NCBI GenBank assembly: GCA_964016885.1
Contig: OZ024741.1
Location: forward strand, 58,838,001-58,902,000
Length of the DNA: 64,000 bases
Origin: Eledone cirrhosa
Taxonomy: Eukaryota
Reading direction: 5' to 3'
How positions within the stretch are numbered: position 1 is the first letter of the stretch; the number at the start of each line of letters is the position of its first letter. Shown here piece by piece: positions 51,440 through 64,000 of the stretch. The notes below the pieces were generated by a model. It ran no database searches. It was given only the letters and a program-made list of their open reading frames with translations, and had not been told where the DNA came from. Position numbers and translations under genes: made by a program.

Positions 51440-54400
51440 ACTCTAATGCTACCTGTGTCTTACCTTACAGGTGTGTATGTATATGACAAGACTAAGACTC
51501 TAATGCTACCTGTGTCTTACCTTACAGGTGTGTATGTATATGACAAGACTAAGACTCTAATGCTACCTGTGTCTTACCTTACAGGTGTGTATGTATATGA
51601 CAAGACTAAGACTCTAATGCTACCTGTATCTTACCTTACAGGTGTGTATGTATATGACAAGTCTAAGACTCTAATACTACCTGTGTCTTACCTTACAGGT
51701 GTGTATGTATATGACAAGACTAAGACTCTAATGCTACTTGTGTCTTACCTTACAGGTGTGTATGTATATGACAACACTAAGACTCTAATGCTACCTGTGT
51801 CTTACCTTACAGGTGTGTATGTATATGACAAGTCTAAGACTCTAATACTACCTGTGTCTTACCTTACAGGTGTGTATGTATATGACAAGACTAAGACTCT
51901 AATGCTACCTGTGTCTTACCTTACAGGTGTGTATGTATATGACAAGACTAAGACTCTAATGCTACCTGTGTCTTACCTTACAGGTGTGTATGTATATGAC
52001 AAGACTGTGACTCTAATGCTACCTGTGTCTTACCTTACAGGTGTGTATGTATATGACAAGACTAAGACTCTAATACTACCTGTGTCTTACCTTACAGGTG
52101 TGTATGTATATGACAAGACTGTGACTCTAATGCTACCTGTGTCTTACCTTACAGGTGTGTATGTATATGACAAGACTAAGACTCTAATGCTACCTGTGTC
52201 TTACCTTACAGGTGTGTATGTATAATGACAAGACTAAGACTCTAATGCTACTTGTGTCTTACCTTACAGGTGTGTATGTATATGACAAGACTAAGACTCT
52301 AATGCTACCTGTGTCTTACCTTACAGGTGTGTATGTATATGACAAGACTAAGACTCTAATGCTACCTGTGTCTTACCTTACAGGTGTGTATGTATATGAC
52401 AAGACTAAGACTCTAATGCTACCTGTGTCTTACCTTACAGGTGTGTATGTATATGACAAGACTAAGACTCTAATGCTACTTGTGTCTTACCTTACAGGTG
52501 TGTATGTATATGACAAGACTAAGACTCTAATGCTACCTGTGTCTTACCTTACAGGTGTGTATGTATATGACAAGACTAAGACTCTAATGCTACCTGTGTC
52601 TTACCTTACAGGTGTGTATGTATATGACAAGACTAAGACTCTAATGCTACCTGTGTCTTACCTTACAGGTGTGTATGTATATGACAAGACTAAGACTCTA
52701 ATGCTACTTGTGTCTTACCTTACAGGTGTGTATGTATATGACAAGACTAAGACTCTAATGCTACCTGTGTCTTACCTTACAGGTGTGTATGTATATGACA
52801 AGACTAAGACTCTAATGCTACCTGTGTCTTACCTTACAGGTGTGTATGTATATGACAAGACTAAGACTCTAATGCTACCTGTGTCTTACCTTACAGGTGT
52901 GTATGTATATGACAAGACTAAGACTCTAATGCTACTTGTGTCTTACCTTACAGGTGTGTATGTATATGACAAGACTAAGACTCTAATGCTACCTGTGTCT
53001 TACCTTACAGGTGTGTAGGTATATGACAAGACTAAGACTCTAATGCTACCTGTGTCTTACCTTACAGGTGTGTATGTATATGACAAGACTAAGACTCTAA
53101 TGCTACCTGTGGCTTACCTTACAGGTGTGTATGTATATGACAAGACTAAGACTCTAATGCTACCCGTGTCTTACCTTACAGGTGTGTATGTATATGACAA
53201 GACTATGTCTCTAATGCTACCTGTGTCTTACCTTACAGGTGTGTATGTATATGACAAGACTGTGACTCTAATACTACCTGTGTCTTACCTTACAGGTGTG
53301 TATGTATATGACAAGACTGTGACTCTAATGCTACCTGTGTCTTACCTTACAGGTGTGTATGTATATGACAAGACTAAGACTCTAATGCTACTTGTGTCTT
53401 ACCTTACAGGTGTGTATGTATATGACAAGACTAAGACTCTAATGCTACCTGTGTCTTACCTTACAGGTGTGTATGTATATGACAAGACTAAGACTCTAAT
53501 GCTACTTGTGTCTTACCTTACAGGTGTGTATGTATATGACAAGACTAAGACTCTAATGCGACCTGTGTCTTACCTTACAGGTGTGTATGTATATGACAAG
53601 ACTATGTCTCTAATGCTACCTGTGTCTTACCTTACAGGTGTGTATGTATATGACAAGACTAAGTCTCTAATACTACCTGTGTCTTACCTTACAGGTGTGT
53701 ATGTATATGACAAGACTGTGACTCTAATGCTACCTGTGTCTTACCTTACAGGTGTGTATGTATATGACAAGACTAAGACTCTAATGCTACCTGTGTCTTA
53801 CCTTACAGGTGTGTATGTATATGACAAGACTAAGACTCTAATGCTACTTGTGTCTTACCTTACAGGTGTGTATGTATATGACAAGACTAAGACTCTAATG
53901 CTACCTGTGTCTTACCTTACAGGTGTGTATGTATATGACAAGACTATGTCTCTAATGCTACCTGTGTCTTACCTTACAGGTGTGTATGTATATGACAAGA
54001 CTAAGTCTCTAATACTACCTGTGTCTTACCTTACAGGTGTGTATGTATATGACAAGACTAAGACTCTAATGCTACCTGTGTCTTACCTTACAGGTGTGTA
54101 TGTATATGACAAGACTAAGACTCTAATGCTACCTGTGTCTTACCTTACAGGTGTGTATGTATATGACAAGACTAAGACTCTAATGCTACCTGTGTCTTAC
54201 CTTACAGGTGTGTATGTATATGACAAGACTAAGACTCTAATGCTACCTGTGTCTTACCTTACAGGTGTGTATGTATATGACAAGACTATGTCTCTAATGC
54301 TACCTGTGTCTTACCTTACAGGTGTGTATATATATGACAAGACTAAGACTCTAATGCTACCTGTGTCTTACCTTACAGGTGTGTATGTATATGACAAGAC

Positions 54401-57400
54401 TATGTCTCTAATGCTACCTGTGTCTTACCTTACAGGTGTGTATGTATATGACAAGACTAAGTCTCTAATACTACCTGTGTCTTACCTTACAGGTGTGTAT
54501 GTATATGACAAGACTAAGACTCTAATGCTACCTGTGTCTTACCTTACAGGTGTGTATGTATATGACAAGACTAAGACTCTAATGCTACCTGTGTCTTACC
54601 TTACAGGTGTGTATGTATATGACAAGACTATGTCTCTAATGCTACCTGTGTCTTACCTTACAGGTGTGTATATATATGACAAGACTAAGACTCTAATGCT
54701 ACCTGTGTCTTACCTTACAGGTGTGTATGTATATGACAAGACTATGTCTCTAATGCTACCTGTGTCTTACCTTACAGGTGTGTATGTATATGACAAGACT
54801 AAGTCTCTAATACTACCTGTGTCTTACCTTACAGGTGTGTATGTATATGACAAGACTAAGACTCTAATGCTACCTGTGTCTTACCTTACAGGTGTGTATG
54901 TATATGACAAGACTAAGACTCTAATGCTACCTGTGTCTTACCTTACAGGTGTGTATGTATATGACAAGACTAAGACTCTAATGCTACCTGTGTCTTACCT
55001 TACAGGTGTGTATGTATATGACAAGACTAAGACTCTAATGCTACCTGTGTCTTACCTTACAGGTGTGTATGTATATGACAAGACTAAGACTCTAATGCTA
55101 CCTGTGTCTTACCTTACAGGTGTGTATATATATGACAAGACTAAGACTCTAATGCTACCTGTGTCTTACCTTACAGGTGTGTATGTATATGACAAGACTA
55201 AGACTCTAATGCTACCTGTGTCTTACCTTACAGGTGTGTAGGTATATGACAAGACTAAGACTCTAATGCTACCTGTGTCTTACCTTACAGGTGTGTAGGT
55301 ATATGACAAGACTAAGTCTCTAATGCTACCTGTGTCTTACCTTACAGGTGTGTATGTATATGACAAGACTAAGACTCTAATGCTACCTGTGTCTTACCTT
55401 ACAGGTGTGTATGTATATGACAAGACTAAGACTCTAATGCTACTTGTGTCTTACCTTACAGGTGTGTATGTATATGACAAGACTATGTCTCTAATGCTAC
55501 CTGTGTCTTACCTTACAGGTGTGTATGTATATGACAAGACTAAGACTCTAATGCTACCTGTGTCTTACCTTACAGGTGTGTATGTATATGACAAGACTAA
55601 GTCTCTAATGCTACCTGTGTCTTACCTTACAGGTGTGTATGTATATGACAAGACTAAGACTCTAATGCTACCTGTGTCTTACCTTACAGGTCTGTATGTA
55701 TATGACAAGACTAAGTCTCTAATGCTACCTGTGTCTTACCTTACAGGTGTGTATGTATATGACAAGACTAAGACTCTAATGCTCTCTGTGTCTTACCTTA
55801 CAGGTGTGTATGTATATGACAAGACTAAGACTCTAATGCTACCTGTGTCTTACCTTACAGGTGTGTATGTATATGACAAGACTAAGACTCTAATGCTACC
55901 TGTGTCTTACCTTACAGGTGTGTATGTATATGACAAGACTAAGACTCTAATGCTACCTGTGTCTTACCTTACAGGTGTGTATGTATATGACAACACTAAG
56001 ACTCTAATGCTACCTGTGTCTTACCTTACAGGTGTGTATGTATATGACAACACTAAGACTCTAATGCTACCTGTGTCTTACCTTACAGGTGTGTATGTAT
56101 ATGACAAGACTAAGACTCTAATGCTACCTGTGTCTTACCTTACAGGTGTGTATGTATATGACAAGACTAAGACTCTAATGCTACTTGTGTCTTACCTTAC
56201 AGGTGTGTATGTATATGACAAGACTAAGACTCTAATGCTACCTGTGTCTTACCTTACAGGTGTGTATGTATATGACAAGACTATGTCTCTAATGCTACCT
56301 GTGTCTTACCTTACAGGTGTGCATGTATATGACAAGACTAAGTCTCTAATACTACCTGTGTCTTACCTTACAGGTGTGTATGTATATGACAAGACTAAGA
56401 CTCTAATGCTACCTGTGTCTTACCTTACAGGTGTGTATGTATATGACAAGACTAAGACTCTAATGCTACCTGTGTCTTACCTTACAGGTGTGTATGTATA
56501 TGACAAGACTAAGACTCTAATGCTACCTGTGTCTTACCTTACAGGTGTGTATGTATATGACAAGACTAAGACTCTAATGCTACCTGTGTCTTACCTTACA
56601 GGTGTGTATGTATATGACAAGACTAAGACTCTAATGCTACCTGTGTCTTACCTTACAGGTGTGTATGTATATGACAAGACTAAGACTCTAATGCTACCTG
56701 TGTCTTACCTTACAGGTGTGTATGTATATGACAAGACTAAGACTCTAATGCTACCTGTGTCTTACCTTACAGGTGTGTATGTATATGACAAGACTAAGAC
56801 TCTAATGCTACCTGTGTCTTACCTTACAGGTGTGTATGTATATAACAAGACTAAGTCTCTAATGCTACCTGTGTCTTACCTTACAGGTGTGTATGTATAT
56901 GACAAGAGTAAGACTCTAATACTACCTGTGTCTTACCTTACAGGTGTGTATGTATATGACAAGACTAAGTCTCTAATACTACCTGTGTCTTACCTTACAG
57001 GTGTGTAGGTATATGACAAGACTAAGTCTCTAATGCTACCTGTGTCTTACCTTACAGGTGTGTATGTATATGACAAGACTAAGACTCTAATACTACCTGT
57101 GTCTTACCTTACAGGTGTGTATGTATATGACAAGACTGTGACTCTAATACTACCTGTGTCTTACCTTACAGGTGTGTATGTATATGACAAGACTAAGACT
57201 CTAATGCTCTCTGTGTCTTACCTTACAGGTGTGTATGTATATGACAAGACTAAGACTCTAATGCTACCTGTGTCTTACCTTACAGGTGTGTATGTATATG
57301 ACAAGACTAAGACTCTAATGCTACCTGTGTCTTACCTTACAGGTGTGTATGTATATGACAAGACTAAGACTCTAATGCTACCTGTGTCTTACCTTACAGG

Positions 57401-60400
57401 TGTGTATGTATATGACAAGACTAAGACTCTAATGCTACTTGTGTCTTACCTTACAGGTGTGTATGTATATGACAAGACTAAGACTCTAATGCTACCTGTG
57501 TCTTACCTTACAGGTGTGTATGTATATGACAAGACTAAGACTCTAATGCTACCTGTGTCTTACCTTACAGGTGTGTATGTATATGACAAGACTAAGACTC
57601 TAATGCTACCTGTGTCTTACCTTACAGGTGTGTATGTATATGACAAGACTAAGACTCTAATGCTACTTGTGTCTTACCTTACAGGTGTGTATGTATATGA
57701 CAAGACTAAGACTCTAATGCTACCTGTGTCTTACCTTACAGGTGTGTATGTATATGACAAGACTAAGACTCTAATGCTACCTGTGTCTTACCTTACAGGT
57801 GTGTATGTATATGACAAGACTAAGACTCTAATGCTACCTGTGTCTTACCTTACAGGTGTGTATGTATATGACAAGACTAAGACTCTAATGCTACTTGTGT
57901 CTTACCTTACAGGTGTGTATGTATATGACAAGACTAAGACTCTAATGCTACCTGTGTCTTACCTTACAGGTGTGTAGGTATATGACAAGACTAAGACTCT
58001 AATGCTACCTGTGTCTTACCTTACAGGTGTGTATGTATATGACAAGACTAAGACTCTAATGCTACCTGTGGCTTACCTTACAGGTGTGTATGTATATGAC
58101 AAGACTAAGACTCTAATGCTACCTGTGTCTTACCTTACAGGTGTGTATGTATATGACAAGACTATGTCTCTAATGCTACCTGTGTCTTACCTTACAGGTG
58201 TGTATCTATATGACAAGACTGTGACTCTAATACTACCTGTGTCTTACCTTACAGGTGTGTATGTATATGACAAGACTGTGACTCTAATGCTACCTGTGTC
58301 TTACCTTACAGGTGTGTATGTATATGACAAGACTAAGACTCTAATGCTACCTGTGTCTTACCTTACAGGTGTGTATGTATATGACAAGACTAAGACTCTA
58401 ATGCTACTTGTGTCTTACCTTACAGGTGTGTATGTATATGACAAGACTAAGACTCTAATGCGACCTGTGTCTTACCTTACAGGTGTGTATGTATATGACA
58501 AGACTATGTCTCTAATGCTACCTGTGTCTTACCTTACAGGTGTGTATGTATATGACAAGACTAAGTCTCTAATACTACCTGTGTCTTACCTTACAGGTGT
58601 GTATGTATATGACAAGACTGTGACTCTAATGCTACCTGTGTCTTACCTTACAGGTGTGTATGTATATGACAAGACTAAGACTCTAATGCTACCTGTGTCT
58701 TACCTTACAGGTGTGTATGTATATGACAAGACTAAGACTCTAATGCTACTTGTGTCTTACCTTACAGGTGTGTATGTATATGACAAGACTAAGACTCTAA
58801 TGCTACCTGTGTCTTACCTTACAGGTGTGTATGTATATGACAAGACTAAGACTCTAATGCTACCTGTGTCTTACCTTACAGGTGTGTATGTATATGACAA
58901 GACTAAGACTCTAATGCTACCTGTGTCTTACCTTACAGGTGTGTATGTATATGACAAGACTAAGACTCTAATGCTACTTGTGTCTTACCTTACAGGTGTG
59001 TATGTATATGACAAGACTAAGACTCTAATGCTACCTGTGTCTTACCTTACAGGTGTGTATGTATATGACAAGACTAAGACTCTAATGCTACCTGTGTCTT
59101 ACCTTACAGGTGTGTATGTATATGACAAGACTAAGACTCTAATGCTACCTGTGTCTTACCTTACAGGTGTGTATGTATATGACAAGACTAAGACTCTAAT
59201 GCTACTTGTGTCTTACCTTACAGGTGTGTATGTATATGACAAGACTAAGACTCTAATGCTACCTGTGTCTTACCTTACAGGTGTGTAGGTATATGACAAG
59301 ACTAAGACTCTAATGCTACCTGTGTCTTACCTTACAGGTGTGTATGTATATGACAAGACTAAGACTCTAATGCTACCTGTGGCTTACCTTACAGGTGTGT
59401 ATGTATATGACAAGACTAAGACTCTAATGCTACTTGTGTCTTACCTTACAGGTGTGTATGTATATGACAAGACTAAGACTCTAATGCGACCTGTGTCTTA
59501 CCTTACAGGTGTGTATGTATATGACAAGACTATGTCTCTAATGCTACCTGTGTCTTACCTTACAGGTGTGTATGTATATGACAAGACTAAGTCTCTAATA
59601 CTACCTGTGTCTTACCTTACAGGTGTGTATGTATATGACAAGACTGTGACTCTAATGCTACCTGTGTCTTACCTTACAGGTGTGTATGTATATGACAAGA
59701 CTAAGACTCTAATGCTACCTGTGTCTTACCTTACAGGTGTGTATGTATATGACAAGACTAAGACTCTAATGCTACTTGTGTCTTACCTTACAGGTGTGTA
59801 TGTATATGACAAGACTAAGACTCTAATGCTACCTGTGTCTTACCTTACAGGTGTGTATGTATATGACAAGACTATGTCTCTAATGCTACCTGTGTCTTAC
59901 CTTACAGGTGTGTATGTATATGACAAGACTAAGTCTCTAATACTACCTGTGTCTTACCTTACAGGTGTGTATGTATATGACAAGACTAAGACTCTAATGC
60001 TACCTGTGTCTTACCTTACAGGTGTGTATGTATATGACAAGACTAAGACTCTAATGCTACCTGTGTCTTACCTTACAGGTGTGTATGTATATGACAAGAC
60101 TAAGACTCTAATGCTACCTGTGTCTTACCTTACAGGTGTGTATGTATATGAAAAGACTAAGACTCTAATGCTACCTGTGTCTTACCTTACAGGTGTGTAT
60201 GTATATGACAAGACTATGTCTCTAATGCTACCTGTGTCTTACCTTACAGGTGTGTATATATATGACAAGACTAAGACTCTAATGCTACCTGTGTCTTACC
60301 TTACAGGTGTGTATGTATATGACAAGACTATGTCTCTAATGCTACCCGTGTCTTACCTTACAGGTGTGTATGTATATGACAAGACTAAGTCTCTAATACT

Positions 60401-63400
60401 ACCTGTGTCTTACCTTACAGGTGTGTATGTATATGACAAGACTAAGACTCTAATGCTACCTGTGTCTTACCTTACAGGTGTGTATGTATATGACAAGACT
60501 AAGACTCTAATGCTACCTGTGTCTTACCTTACAGGTGTGTATGTATATGACAAGACTATGTCTCTAATGCTACCTGTGTCTTACCTTACAGGTGTGTATA
60601 TATATGACAAGACTAAGACTCTAATGCTACCTGTGTCTTACCTTACAGGTGTGTATGTATATGACAAGACTATGTCTCTAATGCTACCTGTGTCTTACCT
60701 TACAGGTGTGTATGTATATGACAAGACTAAGTCTCTAATACTACCTGTGTCTTACCTTACAGGTGTGTATGTATATGACAAGACTAAGACTCTAATGCTA
60801 CCTGTGTCTTACCTTACAGGTGTGTATGTATATGACAAGACTAAGACTCTAATGCTACCTGTGTCTTACCTTACAGGTGTGTATGTATATGACAAGACTA
60901 AGACTCTAATGCTACCTGTGTCTTACCTTACAGGTGTGTATGTATATGACAAGACTAAGACTCTAATGCTACCTGTGTCTTACCTTACAGGTGTGTATGT
61001 ATATGACAAGACTAAGACTCTAATGCTACCTGTGTCTTACCTTACAGGTGTGTATATATATGACAAGACTAAGACTCTAATGCTACCTGTGTCTTACCTT
61101 ACAGGTGTGTATGTATATGACAAGACTAAGACTCTAATGCTACCTGTGTCTTACCTTACAGGTGTGTAGGTATATGACAAGACTAAGACTCTAATGCTAC
61201 CTGTGTCTTACCTTACAGGTGTGTAGGTATATGACAAGACTAAGTCTCTAATGCTACCTGTGTCTTACCTTACAGGTGTGTATGTATATGACAAGACTAA
61301 GACTCTAATGCTACCTGTGTCTTACCTTACAGGTGTGTATGTATATGACAAGACTAAGACTCTAATGCTACTTGTGTCTTACCTTACAGGTGTGTATGTA
61401 TATGACAAGACTATGTCTCTAATGCTACCTGTGTCTTACCTTACAGGTGTGTATGTATATGACAAGACTAAGACTCTAATGCTACCTGTGTCTTACCTTA
61501 CAGGTGTGTATGTATATGACAAGACTAAGTCTCTAATGCTACCTGTGTCTTACCTTACAGGTGTGTATGTATATGACAAGACTAAGACTCTAATGCTACC
61601 TGTGTCTTACCTTACAGGTCTGTATGTATATGACAAGACTAAGTCTCTAATGCTACCTGTGTCTTACCTTACAGGTGTGTATGTATATGACAAGACTAAG
61701 ACTCTAATGCTCTCTGTGTCTTACCTTACAGGTGTGTATGTATATGACAAGACTAAGACTCTAATGCTACCTGTGTCTTACCTTACAGGTGTGTATGTAT
61801 ATGACAAGACTAAGACTCTAATGCTACCTGTGTCTTACCTTACAGGTGTGTATGTATATGACAAGACTAAGACTCTAATGCTACCTGTGTCTTACCTTAC
61901 AGGTGTGTATGTATATGACAAGACTAAGACTCTAATGCTACCTGTGTCTTACCTTACAGGTGTGTATGTATATGACAACACTAAGACTCTAATGCTACCT
62001 GTGTCTTACCTTACAGGTGTGTATGTATATGACAAGACTAAGACTCTAATGCTACCTGTGTCTTACCTTACAGGTGTGTATGTATATGACAAGACTAAGA
62101 CTCTAATGCTACTTGTGTCTTACCTTACAGGTGTGTATGTATATGACAAGACTAAGACTCTAATGCTACCTGTGTCTTACCTTACAGGTGTGTATGTATA
62201 TGACAAGACTAAGACTCTAATGCTACCTGTGTCTTACCTTACAGGTGTGTATGTATATGACAAGACTAAGACTCTAATGCTACCTGTGTCTTACCTTACA
62301 GGTGTGTATGTATATGACAAGACTAAGACTCTAATGCTACTTGTGTCTTACCTTACAGGTGTGTATGTATATGACAAGACTAAGACTCTAATGCTACCTG
62401 TGTCTTACCTTACAGGTGTGTAGGTATATGACAAGACTAAGACTCTAATGCTACCTGTGTCTTACCTTACAGGTGTGTATGTATATGACAAGACTAAGAC
62501 TCTAATGCTACCTGTGGCTTACCTTACAGGTGTGTATGTATATGACAAGACTAAGACTCTAATGCTACCTGTGTCTTACCTTACAGGTGTGTATGTATAT
62601 GACAAGACTATGTCTCTAATGCTACCTGTGTCTTACCTTACAGGTGTGTATGTATATGACAAGACTGTGACTCTAATACTACCTGTGTCTTACCTTACAG
62701 GTGTGTATGTATATGACAAGACTGTGACTCTAATGCTACCTGTGTCTTACCTTACAGGTGTGTATGTATATGACAAGACTAAGACTCTAATGCTACCTGT
62801 GTCTTACCTTACAGGTGTGTATGTATATGACAAGACTAAGACTCTAATGCTACTTGTGTCTTACCTTACAGGTGTGTATGTATATGACAAGACTAAGACT
62901 CTAATGCGACCTGTGTCTTACCTTACAGGTGTGTATGTATATGACAAGACTATGTCTCTAATGCTACCTGTGTCTTACCTTACAGGTGTGTATGTATATG
63001 ACAAGACTAAGTCTCTAATACTACCTGTGTCTTACCTTACAGGTGTGTATGTATATGACAAGACTGTGACTCTAATGCTACCTGTGTCTTACCTTACAGG
63101 TGTGTATGTATATGACAAGACTAAGACTCTAATGCTACCTGTGTCTTACCTTACAGGTGTGTATGTATATGACAAGACTAAGACTCTAATGCTACTTGTG
63201 TCTTACCTTACAGGTGTGTATGTATATGACAAGACTAAGACTCTAATGCTACCTGTGTCTTACCTTACAGGTGTGTATGTATATGACAAGACTATGTCTC
63301 TAATGCTACCTGTGTCTTACCTTACAGGTGTGTATGTATATGACAAGACTAAGTCTCTAATACTACCTGTGTCTTACCTTACAGGTGTGTATGTATATGA

Positions 63401-64000
63401 CAAGACTAAGACTCTAATGCTACCTGTGTCTTACCTTACAGGTGTGTATGTATATGACAAGACTAAGACTCTAATGCTACCTGTGTCTTACCTTACAGGT
63501 GTGTATGTATATGACAAGACTAAGACTCTAATGCTACCTGTGTCTTACCTTACAGGTGTGTATGTATATGAAAAGACTAAGACTCTAATGCTACCTGTGT
63601 CTTACCTTACAGGTGTGTATGTATATGACAAGACTATGTCTCTAATGCTACCTGTGTCTTACCTTACAGGTGTGTATATATATGACAAGACTAAGACTCT
63701 AATGCTACCTGTGTCTTACCTTACAGGTGTGTATGTATATGACAAGACTATGTCTCTAATGCTACCTGTGTCTTACCTTACAGGTGTGTATGTATATGAC
63801 AAGACTAAGTCTCTAATACTACCTGTGTCTTACCTTACAGGTGTGTATGTATATGACAAGACTAAGACTCTAATGCTACCTGTGTCTTACCTTACAGGTG
63901 TGTATGTATATGACAAGACTAAGACTCTAATGCTACCTGTGTCTTACCTTACAGGTGTGTATGTATATGACAAGACTATGTCTCTAATGCTACCTGTGTC
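51440..64000. repeat. 57-bp minisatellite, ~220 units, runs off the window
   Basis: Unit actctaatgctacctgtgtcttaccttacaggtgtgtatgtatatgacaagactaag. Confidence 0.98.

Noticed and set aside
51446-62423. Long ORFs of (MLPVSYLTGVYVYDKTKTL)n as a repeat protein gene
   Set aside because: They follow from a 57-bp unit (multiple of 3) lacking a stop in one frame; recurrent TAG variants and a frameshift are tolerated, and there is no unique N- or C-terminus
51440-64000. CRISPR-like array
   Set aside because: No unique spacers, no cas genes, eukaryotic context

Overview
Eukaryotic, AT-rich, repeat-dominated genomic DNA. The SINE/RTE/Penelope content and TA microsatellites look like an octopus or other cephalopod genome (inference). 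No intact host gene is recognisable; there are one or two possible minus-strand exons. Main contents: (1) a 10.8-kb hAT/Charlie-type element (8027-18817; perfect 14-bp TIRs, 8-bp TSD ttctagac) that splits a SINE and encloses Penelope-like elements (PLEs), a ~980-bp foldback palindrome and a deleted DD37D mariner; (2) several PLE pieces with inverted pLTRs and type I hammerhead ribozyme motifs, including a three-locus family with covarying stem II; (3) RTE LINEs with a PHD finger next to the RT, I-clade/RNase H and APE fragments, an LTR, TTAA MITEs and many tRNA-derived SINEs; (4) a 57-bp minisatellite from about 51440 to the window end (~220 units) with higher-order structure and splice-site-like motifs in every unit. 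All alignments and structures were done by eye.
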